Assembly (NCBI GenBank): GCA_003942085.1
Contig: DQIQ01000001.1
Location: 24,950 to 88,949 of the forward strand
Source of the DNA: Thermoplasmata archaeon
GTDB lineage: Archaea > Thermoplasmatota > E2 > DHVEG-1
Length of the DNA: 64,000 nucleotides
Reading direction: 5' to 3'
In this document: in pieces, positions 39,771 through 53,084 of the stretch
Numbering within the stretch: position 1 is the first letter of the stretch
Layout: the number at the start of each line of letters is the position of its first letter
Position numbers and translations under genes: made by a program
The notes under the pieces: generated by a model
What the model saw: the letters and a program-made list of their open reading frames with translations, nothing else
What the model was told of the DNA's origin: nothing
The model's database searches: none

Positions 39771-39853
39771 CAGGGGAAGGGATTTGAACCCCCGAACCTC
39801 TGCAGGAACAGATCTTGAGTCTGTCGCCGTAGACCAGGCTTGGCTACCCCTGC
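39769..39853 (-). tRNA. tRNA-Leu(CAA)
   Basis: Minus strand GCAGGGGTAGCCAAGCCTGGTCTACGGCG-ACAGA-CTCAAGA-TCTGT-(variable arm)-GGGGGTTCAAATCCCTTCCCCTGCA; 85 nt, no encoded CCA. Confidence 0.97.
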
Positions 39854-40004
39854 ACAAGAAACACAAGAACAGTTCATTCATAATAAATATTTAGGTTGAA
39901 TCACGCTTGATGACAAGACAACATATCGCAGGACTCCAAACATTTTTTTTCCCGGAATGTTTTATATGGTAGACATGATTTCAGTATAGCAGAAAGGTGG
40001 CAGA

Positions 40005-41018
40005 ATGTCGATGAGCCAGAAAAAATATATTGGAGTACTGACCAGCGGTGGTGATGCCCCTGGGATGAATGCAGCGATACGCGCAGTCGTACGGACCGGG
40101 ATTTATCATGGTAACACGCTGTTTGGGATCAACCGCGGGTATCAAGGAATGATCGAAGGTGACATTGAGCAGCTGAACCGCTATTCCGTCAGTAACATAA
40201 TCAAAGACGGCGGAACATGTCTGCAGACCGCACGAAGCAGCGAGTTTCTCACCAAAGAAGGCCGGGAAAAAGCATTCAAAAACATCAAACGCTTTGGCAT
40301 CGACAGCATCGTCGTCATAGGAGGAGACGGCTCGTTTCGCGGACTTCATCAACTCATCCAAGAGTTCCCCATACAGGGAATAGGAATACCAGGGACGATT
40401 GATAACGATCTCTATGGAACTGACTTTACCATTGGTTTTGACACTGCGGTCAACACCGCACTTGAGGCAATCGATAAGATACGGGACACCGCCTCATCAC
40501 ACTCACGACTCTTCATTATCGAGGTCATGGGACGGACATCAGGGTACATCGCATTGTACACCGGTATCGGTGGCGGTGCTGAAGACATTCTTATCCCCGA
40601 GGCTCCCATGGAGATACAGAAACTCACAGAAAAACTGAACGCCCAGCACAAAGCAGGGAAAAAAAGCAGCATCATTGTCATCGCAGAAGGAGAAACAGCA
40701 GGCGGGGCACTGGAGATAAAAACAGCAATAGAAAAAATAATTGACTGGGACATCAAGATAAGCGTGCTTGGTCATGTACAACGAGGAGGAGACCCCTCTG
40801 CGTTTGACCGGGTGCTTGCCAGCAGGTTAGGATACGAATCAGTCCTTGCAGTCATGAACAACGAAAACGATAAGATGGTCGGTATGGCCAATAACAAAGC
40901 AACGCTCACGCCACTCGAAGAGACATGGACGAAGAAAAAAGACATGGACATGACCTATCTGAAAATGAACGAAATCTTAGCAGCCCAACAGGAAAAATCG
41001 GTCGAAGTTGTCGCATAA
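40005..41018 (+). CDS. pfkA: ATP-dependent 6-phosphofructokinase (bacterial PfkA type)
   Basis: LTSGGDAPGMNAAIR, GGDGS, TIDND, EVMGR, LGHVQRGG. Confidence 0.96.
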   Translation: MSMSQKKYIGVLTSGGDAPGMNAAIRAVVRTGIYHGNTLFGINRGYQGMIEGDIEQLNRYSVSNIIKDGGTCLQTARSSEFLTKEGREKAFKNIKRFGIDSIVVIGGDGSFRGLHQLIQEFPIQGIGIPGTIDNDLYGTDFTIGFDTAVNTALEAIDKIRDTASSHSRLFIIEVMGRTSGYIALYTGIGGGAEDILIPEAPMEIQKLTEKLNAQHKAGKKSSIIVIAEGETAGGALEIKTAIEKIIDWDIKISVLGHVQRGGDPSAFDRVLASRLGYESVLAVMNNENDKMVGMANNKATLTPLEETWTKKKDMDMTYLKMNEILAAQQEKSVEVVA

Positions 41019-41057
41019 AGGACATAGAGCGATTTTCTGTTCATTGAAAACGAATCA

Positions 41058-41813
41058 TCACAACGAAGCGACAATCCTGTTTTCAAGACTCTGTAGGCTC
41101 TTTTTGTAGTCGTTCACATACTCAAACGAAAAATCATACACGACATCTTTGAGGATCAGCGGCTCAGGTGCTGCCATCTGAAAATCAACTTTTGCTTCAG
41201 GGTTTTCTAACGCAGTACGAATCTGTTCATTGGACAAGACCCCTTTCCCTCGTTTTTCAAGAGCGGATACGATCCGACGAATCTGATTCCACAGATATGT
41301 CTGCGCATAAAAATCAAGGACTAAAAAACCTTTTTTTTCAGACAGAACAATATTGTCAATGGTCCGAACCGGGTCTTTCAACGACTCAACCCGTGCGAAA
41401 TTCTGAAAGTTATGCTCACCGGTAAACAACCCAGCAGCAGACAATACCGCATCAACATCAAGACCGGTACTCCGAAGATAATACCGGTACTCCCGCCTTT
41501 TCGCATGACGAGGATAAAAGCCACAATCTACCGTTTTAATTCCATAGATGAAAACATCTGATGTTCCCTTTGCCAGCTTTGTAATAATCTCATCTTTGGA
41601 AAGGGTCGTATCAAACGCACACACATTACCCAAAGCAGAAACCCCCCGATCAGTACGACTCGCGGTACGAAAACAAGAGATCCGTGCGTCATCAAAAATT
41701 CCTTGTTTTATCAGCAGATCCAAAAGCGTTTGTTCAATGGTTTGTTGACCAGGTTGTCGCGCGTACCCAGAAAAATGTTTCCCGTCATAGGCGAACTTCA
41801 CCGCAAATCGCAT
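41058..41813 (-). CDS. truA: tRNA pseudouridine(38-40) synthase
   Basis: AYDG..FSG.ARQP, SRTDRGVSA, G.HNF.NF, LWNQIRRIV. Confidence 0.92.
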   Translation of the reverse strand: MRFAVKFAYDGKHFSGYARQPGQQTIEQTLLDLLIKQGIFDDARISCFRTASRTDRGVSALGNVCAFDTTLSKDEIITKLAKGTSDVFIYGIKTVDCGFYPRHAKRREYRYYLRSTGLDVDAVLSAAGLFTGEHNFQNFARVESLKDPVRTIDNIVLSEKKGFLVLDFYAQTYLWNQIRRIVSALEKRGKGVLSNEQIRTALENPEAKVDFQMAAPEPLILKDVVYDFSFEYVNDYKKSLQSLENRIVASL

Positions 41814-41854
41814 ACAAACACCACAAGACGTTCTTCCATAAAAACCGTTCTGAT

Positions 41855-42886
41855 TCACTTTTCAGGGAATAAAAAAAGATAACCATCGAGTTTTACGGTT
41901 TTTACCATCGCGGTATCAACAGAAGCGTCCTTTGGTTTGTGAATCTCAACAGTAGCATAAGATTTCGAATCCATCAGCTGAATTTCGTTTTTCGACTGAC
42001 TCACCACGATCATTTCCTTGACCATCTCAAGGCCACCAAAAATCCTTGAAGGCAGGACATCCTTTCCCTCGATGACTTTTTCCGCCCAGCTGGACAGATC
42101 AATGGCACGGACCTTGTTTGCATGAAGAGAGATAAGATAGTAGTACACGCTATCAAATACAAAGAAATCCCCTTTACGATACGCCGGAATGCGCACAAGA
42201 TAGGTCATCCGGTACACCTGTCTGCTGTCTTTCATTCCTGCTGATGATGCTGATTGTTTGAAGTCCCCACCGAACTGCTCCTGGACCTTTTTGGCAATCG
42301 ACAGTGCAGTTCCTTTTTCACTGAGGAAAAAATCAAGACCCTCGCGTTTTACGTCGATGTCCGTGATGAACAACCCTCGTTTGCCACTCTCTTGAAATTG
42401 CCCGACCATTTTTTCAACAGCAGATCGAAGGGTTTTTAGCTCCACGTCGGTAAATGTCCGATGCTCGGATCGAATCTGTAAAATCGCCTCGTAGTACCCA
42501 CCTGCTTCCCGTGAACATATCTCACAGGTGTTATGTCTGATGCGGACGGTGAGCGGATGTTGTTCAGTAATGGTGTAACCCTCGAGGGATCCGGAGATGA
42601 ACACCATGCAGGTAATGACTCTATCCTTTTCGTTGCACCGGGTTTGAATCGTAACACCTTTGAGTTCAGGGCTGATAGAAAACGCATCTTTAATGTGTCG
42701 TTTCAGGATGTCATCAAAAGGCTCTGCAACCCAGGTGTTCTTGTATTTATATGAGGAACAACGCGGGCAGAGCATGACATCAAGGATTGGTGGTCCTTTA
42801 GAAAACTGCGTGTGTTTCAGATAGCAGTTCATGCAGACGCCGTTTCGAAAGATCGATTCGTCTTTACCGCATTCAACGCAAAACAT
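41855..42886 (-). CDS. nmd3: NMD3-family protein (archaeal)
   Basis: FCVECG...CMNC, CPRC, CEICSR..GGYYEAILQIR. Confidence 0.9.
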   Translation of the reverse strand: MFCVECGKDESIFRNGVCMNCYLKHTQFSKGPPILDVMLCPRCSSYKYKNTWVAEPFDDILKRHIKDAFSISPELKGVTIQTRCNEKDRVITCMVFISGSLEGYTITEQHPLTVRIRHNTCEICSREAGGYYEAILQIRSEHRTFTDVELKTLRSAVEKMVGQFQESGKRGLFITDIDVKREGLDFFLSEKGTALSIAKKVQEQFGGDFKQSASSAGMKDSRQVYRMTYLVRIPAYRKGDFFVFDSVYYYLISLHANKVRAIDLSSWAEKVIEGKDVLPSRIFGGLEMVKEMIVVSQSKNEIQLMDSKSYATVEIHKPKDASVDTAMVKTVKLDGYLFLFPEK

Positions 42887-42904
42887 GCTTGTGTTCCATT
42901 CCTG

Positions 42905-43783
42905 TTAGGTTCTTTGGGTGAGATATACGCCATAGATTATTAATGCTGCGCCCAGAAGGAAAAACCATGTCAGTGGTGTACCGAGGAAAAACGACATCAG
43001 GATCGTAAAGAGTGGAATGAAATTCAAAAAGACCGCTGCTTTGCTGGCGTCGATGTGCTTCAACGCATAGTACCACCCGAGATACCCGAAGAGAGAACAG
43101 GTAAGAGCCAGATACAGGACCGCAAGCCATCCATTCAATGATGTCTGTTGAAGGATCGAGCCAAGATGCATAAGAACAAAGGGGATGTAAAAAAGCGTAC
43201 CAAAACCAAACGCATAGGTGGTAATCACAAACTCATCATAGGTTTTCAACAGCCGTTTCCCGACAAAAGAATAGAGTGCCCAGCAGAACGCAGACAGCAA
43301 CATCAGGATTCCGCCGATGAAAAAAAGGTTATCAAAGGTCAGTGCTTGTTTTGAGATATCGGAAAACATGATGACGAAAACCCCGACAAACGAAAGAACG
43401 ATCCCTGCAATCCTTTTTCTTGTCAGAGTCTCATGCAGGAATAAGCCAGAGAGGATCGCGATGAAAATCACGTTGGTGTTGATGAGCACCGAAGCGGTCG
43501 GAGCATTCGTGTAATGGATGCCAAGGAACTGGAACAGATACAAAAGGGTGACACCGGTCAGCCCCAGGACGACTAGCCAGGGGAGCTCTTTTTTTGGAAG
43601 CAGTAAAGGTTTTCTTCGCAGGACCACAAGAAGGATCATCAAGGGGGTTGCAATAAGAAACCGCAGAAACCCCAGATCAATCGGGTCCATCTCCTTTGTG
43701 GTGATATCGACGACAATAAACGACCCTGCCCAGACGAAAGCAACAAGAAGAAGGATGAATCCGATAAGGAGATTCCTGTTCAT
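42905..43783 (-). CDS. DMT/EamA-family transporter
   Basis: About ten TM segments with duplicated EamA pattern (WAGSF...LRF...; WALYS...). Confidence 0.92.
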   Translation of the reverse strand: MNRNLLIGFILLLVAFVWAGSFIVVDITTKEMDPIDLGFLRFLIATPLMILLVVLRRKPLLLPKKELPWLVVLGLTGVTLLYLFQFLGIHYTNAPTASVLINTNVIFIAILSGLFLHETLTRKRIAGIVLSFVGVFVIMFSDISKQALTFDNLFFIGGILMLLSAFCWALYSFVGKRLLKTYDEFVITTYAFGFGTLFYIPFVLMHLGSILQQTSLNGWLAVLYLALTCSLFGYLGWYYALKHIDASKAAVFLNFIPLFTILMSFFLGTPLTWFFLLGAALIIYGVYLTQRT

Positions 43784-44047
43784 GAGCACCGATAAACAGA
43801 AACGGTGTTATAAAACGATATCCCCTGTGATTTTTCGACAAGAAAAAACTTTAAAATACTTCCGTTCAGGATACAACAGATCCTTGATTTGTATAGAGGA
43901 ACGGAACGTGTATCCTTCCTCGTTCTACGACCAGGTTAGTAGTGGTTTATTCGGTTTCGGTAAGAGGTGTACAGGACTAGGGTACGAAGTGTACAACAAG
44001 ACGCTTTAAAGAAAACAGACAAAATAGGAATCGAGGAGTGATAAAAA

Positions 44048-44167
44048 ATGATGATTGTTGGTCAAGTATCAAGCCCCGAGGAAGCAACCGAAGTAGAATT
44101 TATTGCAAAATCTTTTGTCGTCGCGAACCGCGCACGAGCCCTTGCCTTACAACTACGAGAGGTGTAA
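44048..44167 (+). CDS. Candidate micropeptide, 39 aa
   Basis: MMIVGQVSSPEEATEVEFIAKSFVVANRARALALQLREV; strong RBS GAGGAGTGA upstream. Confidence 0.55.
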   Translation: MMIVGQVSSPEEATEVEFIAKSFVVANRARALALQLREV

Positions 44168-44171
44168 GAAG

Positions 44172-44264
44172 ATGGAGAAAAAGACAAAGGTGAAGAAATC
44201 CGTCCCCACTGACATCCCGATTTTCTGGGTAAATATCGTAGCTACTGACGCGGACAGTGCGTAA
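44172..44264 (+). CDS. Candidate micropeptide, 30 aa
   Basis: MEKKTKVKKSVPTDIPIFWVNIVATDADSA; RBS GAGGTG overlaps the end of the preceding ORF. Confidence 0.5.
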   Translation: MEKKTKVKKSVPTDIPIFWVNIVATDADSA

Positions 44265-44267
44265 GAT

Positions 44268-47057
44268 CTATGATTTTACGAGCCCGACCGGTTTTTTAGG
44301 GTTTTTTTTTGTTTTTTTTCCATTATCGGACTCGTCGGAATCGTTGATCTTTTTGCCGCTCTCAAGGGTCCCATCCACAAGCCCGTCATCAAGGATGACG
44401 TCATACTCTACCTTGTATTCACCAGGGTCCCCTTCCGAGAACCTGAAATTTTTCTCACGGCATAACGCGATCATCGGGTAATTATCCTTCAGGACGACCC
44501 CGGTGACCTTTGACAGGTTCTTGTCTTTTGCGATTTCTATGAGATAATCAAGGAACTCAGAGCCGAGGCCTTGCCGCTGCCATTCATCGGTGACGACCAG
44601 AGCGAACTCTGCTTCATCGTTCCGGGCAGGATCAAGGATAAGCCGGGAGACGCCAAGGAGCCGTTTTTTCCCATTTTCCTCCATTTCTGCGACAATACCT
44701 ATCTCCCTGTCGTAGTCTATGTTACAATATCGTGTTCGAACCTCATGTGGTGTGTCTTTGATGATTCGGAAAAACCGGAAACGAACGGTTTCCTCAGAGA
44801 ATGTTTTAAACATCTCCAGCCACATGTTCTCATCCTCAGGCTTTATCGGCCGAAGCAGGGCTTTTTTCCCATCCTTCAGGACGATCGGCTTCATGTATTT
44901 GACTGGATATGGCGTAATAATAAGATGCGGATGTTTCGCAGGCTCAGGATCAAGGATGATCCGGGCATCGACCGCGATAAGGTCGTTTCCCTGCGGGATT
45001 AGCGGGTTGATATCGACTTCTTTGATCTCAGGATGATCGATAAGCATCTGTGAAAACTTAATCATCGCTTCTTCGACTTTCTTCATATCAACAGGCGGGA
45101 CGTTTCGGAATCCTTTCAAAAGCTCATATGCCTTTGTCTTTTCAATGATACGCTGCGCCAAGGTCTGGTTCAACGGGGGAAAACCGATCGCACGGTCCTT
45201 AAACAACTCGGTATAAATACCACCCAATCCAAAGAGGATCACCGACCCGAACACCGGGTCCTTTTTTGATCCAAGGATCAGTTCATACCCCTGATTCTTA
45301 ATCTGCTTCTGAATGGTTACCCCAAGGATCGTCGCACCCGGGACTTTTTCTTTCGCTTGCTTAACCATTGCTCTAAATGCGGTTTTCACATCATCCCCAC
45401 ATCGTAGATCAAGGACGACGCCACCGACATCGCTCTTGTGACTAATCTGTGGAGATAATATCTTCATCACCACTGGGTACCCTATTTTCTCTGCTGCGAT
45501 CCTTGCTTTTTCTTCATTTTCTGTTATGATCGGCGATGTTGTGTTAATCCCGTAGAGCTCAAGAAATGTCTTTGCCTCGCTTTCATTAAGCAGGACTCTT
45601 TTCTCTTTTGCTGCTGCATTTAGGATTTTTTTGATAATCTCGGTATGAGCCGGGGTTTTGATGTTTAACTCCTCCGGGGTCTCATACAGCTGGCCTAAAT
45701 GACGTTCATAATGATACAGATACATGTAGGATTCAACCGCTTCATCGGGTGATGCATAGGTCGGGATGTTGTTCCGGTTGAGGATCTCCCTTGCGTGATA
45801 CACGCTTGCCTCACCGATAAAAGAGGTGAGAATAGGTTTGGTTGATTTTCGCGCGATATCCACAAGTCGGTCCGCGAGTTTCTGCGGGTCAGCCATCACC
45901 TGAGGGACACAGAGGATCAACAGACCGTCGATGTTCTTATCCTCAAGGCAAATCTCGATTGCTTTCTGATACCGCTCCTCGTCGCCATCTCCGATGATGT
46001 CCACGGGGTTGCCATGGCTCCAATGGGTCGGCAGCACCTTATTGAGCTTATCGATCGTCTCAGGGGACAACGTAGCAAGCTTACCGCCTTTCTCGATGAT
46101 CGAATCCGTGGCAAGCACTCCGGGTCCTCCAGCATTGGTCACGATTGCGATGTTCGGCCCCATCGGACGCGGCTGTTTGGCAAGAATAGATGAGCAGTTG
46201 AACAAATCCATGATATCCATGACACGGACAACACCTGACCTTCGGAACGCAGCCTCATAGATGATGTCCTCACCGGCAAGAGCACCAGTGTGGGACGCCG
46301 CTGCCTTTGCCCCTTCTTTATAGCGCCCGGATTTAATCACAATAATCGGCTTTGCACGAGCGAACGCTTTAGTCGCACTCATGAACTTCCGCGCATCAGT
46401 AATCGACTCGATATACAACACGATGCTTCTGGTGTGAATGTCCATCCCGAAATAATCGATGAGGTCACCGAAATCGACATCAAGCATCGAGCCGACAGAA
46501 ACAAACGAGCTGAACCCGACTTTCGCGGCTGCAGCCCAGTCAAGGATCGCCCCACAGACCGCACCACTCTGAGATAGCAGCGCAATCGACCCTTTCTCAG
46601 GCATGGAGCCGGCAAAGGTCGCATTCAAATTCAGATACGGCATGATGAAACCGACACAATTCGGACCCAGGATACGCAACTCATATTTTTTCTTCAGTTC
46701 AAGCAGTCGTTCTTCCCGAATAACACCCTCAGGTCCGATCTCTTTAAACCCAGCAGAGATGATCAAAATACCTTTGATGCCTCGTATCCCACACTGTTCG
46801 ACTATATCACAGACGATAGACGCGGGTGTGGCAATAATCGCCAAATCGACGATCTTGGGAACATCATTGATGGATGGATAGGCTTGTACCCCCTGCACGC
46901 TCTCTCGTTTTGAATTCACAGGATAGACAACGCCCTCATACCCCGATCCTATGAGATTTCGAAAAATCCTGTATCCAGCGGACCCGATGGTTTCACTTGC
47001 GCCAATCACTGCGATACTTTTTGGTTTGAATATTTTATCAAATTTTGCACCATTCAT
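44268..47057 (-). CDS. ADP-forming acetate-CoA ligase (alpha+beta fusion) with C-terminal GNAT acetyltransferase (Pat-like)
   Basis: SIAVIGAS, GPNC.G, SQSGA, SHTGALAG, TNAGGPG, NPVD, SHKSDVGGV; GNAT QRQGLGS motif. Confidence 0.92.
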   Translation of the reverse strand: MNGAKFDKIFKPKSIAVIGASETIGSAGYRIFRNLIGSGYEGVVYPVNSKRESVQGVQAYPSINDVPKIVDLAIIATPASIVCDIVEQCGIRGIKGILIISAGFKEIGPEGVIREERLLELKKKYELRILGPNCVGFIMPYLNLNATFAGSMPEKGSIALLSQSGAVCGAILDWAAAAKVGFSSFVSVGSMLDVDFGDLIDYFGMDIHTRSIVLYIESITDARKFMSATKAFARAKPIIVIKSGRYKEGAKAAASHTGALAGEDIIYEAAFRRSGVVRVMDIMDLFNCSSILAKQPRPMGPNIAIVTNAGGPGVLATDSIIEKGGKLATLSPETIDKLNKVLPTHWSHGNPVDIIGDGDEERYQKAIEICLEDKNIDGLLILCVPQVMADPQKLADRLVDIARKSTKPILTSFIGEASVYHAREILNRNNIPTYASPDEAVESYMYLYHYERHLGQLYETPEELNIKTPAHTEIIKKILNAAAKEKRVLLNESEAKTFLELYGINTTSPIITENEEKARIAAEKIGYPVVMKILSPQISHKSDVGGVVLDLRCGDDVKTAFRAMVKQAKEKVPGATILGVTIQKQIKNQGYELILGSKKDPVFGSVILFGLGGIYTELFKDRAIGFPPLNQTLAQRIIEKTKAYELLKGFRNVPPVDMKKVEEAMIKFSQMLIDHPEIKEVDINPLIPQGNDLIAVDARIILDPEPAKHPHLIITPYPVKYMKPIVLKDGKKALLRPIKPEDENMWLEMFKTFSEETVRFRFFRIIKDTPHEVRTRYCNIDYDREIGIVAEMEENGKKRLLGVSRLILDPARNDEAEFALVVTDEWQRQGLGSEFLDYLIEIAKDKNLSKVTGVVLKDNYPMIALCREKNFRFSEGDPGEYKVEYDVILDDGLVDGTLESGKKINDSDESDNGKKTKKNPKKPVGLVKS

Positions 47058-47193
47058 CGTGTTTCCCTCCATAGTAATGAGCTGTAGAGCACCAAAACCT
47101 CAAAACTCAAGCGATTATATAAGGATATCGCCACCTCTGTTTTTATTGTTAAAAAAATAAAGAAAAAAAGGAAAATAATTCCTTTTCCCGAAC

Positions 47194-50796
<3,603 letters not shown>

Positions 50797-50858
50797 TCAA
50801 CTAACTAACCGGTATTCTGGATTGATAGATAAATATTTGGTTACCAGGAGAAGAAGGG

Positions 50859-51893
50859 CTAGAGATTCCAATAATCACCGAGGAATCGTTTCAGCTGGGA
50901 AACGATGTTTTTTACTCCTTCAGGGTCAGTGTCAGGGATGTCTGCTTCCTCCAAGTAGTCTTGTTTTCCTAAAACACCGCAGATGATATTATAATACGAT
51001 TTAATGCAGGCGGTACTGTTATACCCTCCACCGAGGAGAACCAGCAGCTTTTTACAGGTTTCCTGGGAGAGCTCTGTGATTTGTCTTGCGAGATGATAGT
51101 ACGTCTGATATGTGAGATTCAGATCGGCAAGTGGGTCTGCATGATGCGAATCCACTCCAGATTGATACAGGATGATCTCCGGTTGAAACTGACGTGTGAT
51201 GGGCGGCACGATTTCTTTAAATGCCTTCAAATAACTCATGCCACCAGTACCTGGGGGAAATGGGAGATTGACCGTATACCCTGCAGCATCATCCCTGCCG
51301 ATCGTCTCGACACGCCCTGTACCAGGATATAATGTCCGTCCATCCTGATGAAACGACAGATTAAGGACGGTTCGATCATCGATATAAATGTCCTGGGTCC
51401 CATTCCCATGATGAACATCCAGGTCAATGATCATAAACCGCTTCAGGTGATGTTTATCTCTGAGGTATTCGATGGTTATTGCAATATCGTTGAAGAAACA
51501 AAATCCTGAGGAATGCCCTTTGCTTGCATGGTGAAAACCACCGAGTGGGTTGACCGTGCAATTATACCCTTCGAACAATTTTTCACCGGCAAACATGCTT
51601 CCTCCAGCAGCCAGGCTTGCGACTTCAAAAATCCCTTTGGGCGCCGGTGTATCCTCTGATAGCCATCCACCGGTTTGACTGAGTTGTTTTACATGCTCGA
51701 CATAGGACGCGTCATGAACCCGTAGCAAATCTGCTTCTGTTGCTTTCTTAGGTGTGAACAGAGAAAATTCTGAAAGCATATTCTTTTCTTTCAGAATTGC
51801 GATGGTGTTCTTTGGTTTGTCGCCAATGAGCGGATGATCAATCCCCAGGTCGTACTTATTATAATCCTCGTGGTAGACGATTGCTTGTTTCAT
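50859..51893 (-). CDS. Zn-dependent deacetylase (HDAC/AcuC family)
   Basis: GGFHHA, GFCFFND, DLDVHHGNG, YPGTG, GVDSH..DPL, GGGY. Confidence 0.93.
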   Translation of the reverse strand: MKQAIVYHEDYNKYDLGIDHPLIGDKPKNTIAILKEKNMLSEFSLFTPKKATEADLLRVHDASYVEHVKQLSQTGGWLSEDTPAPKGIFEVASLAAGGSMFAGEKLFEGYNCTVNPLGGFHHASKGHSSGFCFFNDIAITIEYLRDKHHLKRFMIIDLDVHHGNGTQDIYIDDRTVLNLSFHQDGRTLYPGTGRVETIGRDDAAGYTVNLPFPPGTGGMSYLKAFKEIVPPITRQFQPEIILYQSGVDSHHADPLADLNLTYQTYYHLARQITELSQETCKKLLVLLGGGYNSTACIKSYYNIICGVLGKQDYLEEADIPDTDPEGVKNIVSQLKRFLGDYWNL

Positions 51894-52082
51894 GCTTCCT
51901 GATAGGGAATCGTAAAGGATGTAAAAAGGTTCCTGCCAAGCAGCCCTGGACAGTTAAGCAAATATATCTGTTTGGTATTTACATCAAAAGCTATCATATC
52001 GCTCTTGGGGATCTCTTCAGAAACATATTCGTACAGATCATGAAGGGAGGCGTTTGTAATCCTGTAGAATCATGGTGACGAA

Positions 52083-53084
52083 ATGACAACAGAAAAGAAG
52101 AAGAAAGACTCAACCAAAAAACTCCAGGTCGCATTCTATTGGGCTGCCAGCTGTGGCGGCTGTGAAATCGGGATGCTTGACATTGACGAAAAAATCCTTG
52201 ATGTGACCGCAGCTGCCGATATCGTGTTTTGGCCGGTTGCCCTTGACATAAAATACAAAGACGTTGAAGCGTTCGATGATCAAAGCATTGATGTCTGTTT
52301 TTTCAACGGTGGCATCCGCACCTCAGAGCATGAACATCTCGCAAAACTCCTCCGGAAGAAATCAAAGGCTCTCGTCTCCTTTGGCGCTTGCGCGGTCAGT
52401 GGCGGAGTACCAGGTCTAGCCAACATGGCTAATCGTGAAGAAGTCTTCAAAACAGCTTATCTTGAGAACCCTTCAACTGAAAACCCTGAAAAGACACTTC
52501 CGAAAACCAAATCAAAGGTAAAAGAAGGAGACCTGACTATCCCTGAATTTTACGACGCGGTAAAACCCCTTCATCAAGTCGTTGACGTCGATTACTATAT
52601 TCCTGGGTGCCCACCTCCACCATGGTTGATCCTTGATGCATTTAACGCTATTGTAGAAAACAAGCTTCCAGCGAAAGGCTCAGTGCTTGCGCCTCTTAAA
52701 TCAGTTTGTGACGAATGCCGGTTTAAACTATCGGAAAAGAAGATCAACTCAGTGAAACGTATTTATGAACTGGAAAAAATCGAGGAGAAATGCTTCCTGG
52801 AACAAAGCGTCATCTGTATGGGGCCTGCGACACGATCCGGATGCCGCGGGCGATGCATGGAGGGAAACATGCCCTGTACCGGATGTGGTGGAATACTCCC
52901 CAACGCTCTTGACCAGGGAGCAAGTATGATCTCCGCGCTTGCATCAATCCTGGGTGTGGAATCTGAACAAGGGATGAACGATGAAGAGGTTGACAGACTT
53001 ATCGAAGAAGTCCGTGACGTGGTTGGGACATTCTACAAATACACGTTACCAGCATCGCTGATTAACCGTAAGGTGATGAAATGA
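52083..53084 (+). CDS. mvhG: F420-non-reducing [NiFe] hydrogenase small subunit
   Basis: ASCGGC, GACA..GG, IPGCPP, CDEC, CFL...CMGPAT..GC...C...PCTGC. Confidence 0.9.
   Translation: MTTEKKKKDSTKKLQVAFYWAASCGGCEIGMLDIDEKILDVTAAADIVFWPVALDIKYKDVEAFDDQSIDVCFFNGGIRTSEHEHLAKLLRKKSKALVSFGACAVSGGVPGLANMANREEVFKTAYLENPSTENPEKTLPKTKSKVKEGDLTIPEFYDAVKPLHQVVDVDYYIPGCPPPPWLILDAFNAIVENKLPAKGSVLAPLKSVCDECRFKLSEKKINSVKRIYELEKIEEKCFLEQSVICMGPATRSGCRGRCMEGNMPCTGCGGILPNALDQGASMISALASILGVESEQGMNDEEVDRLIEEVRDVVGTFYKYTLPASLINRKVMK

Larger units (their letters stand above)
24434..39789. mobile_element. tRNA-Leu-anchored genomic island with nested boundaries; no mobility gene in the window
   Basis: Direct repeats of the tRNA 3' end at 24434, 26597, 28649 and 39767; 15-bp inverted arms facing inward; AT-rich accessory cargo. 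Confidence 0.75.

Noticed and set aside
24434-39789. Repeats read as a CRISPR array
   Set aside because: Spacing is kilobases, the repeat is a tRNA 3' end, and no cas genes are present
43518-44009. 163-aa plus-strand ORF
   Set aside because: Mostly antisense to the EamA gene, no RBS; the downstream part is better explained as promoter and leader
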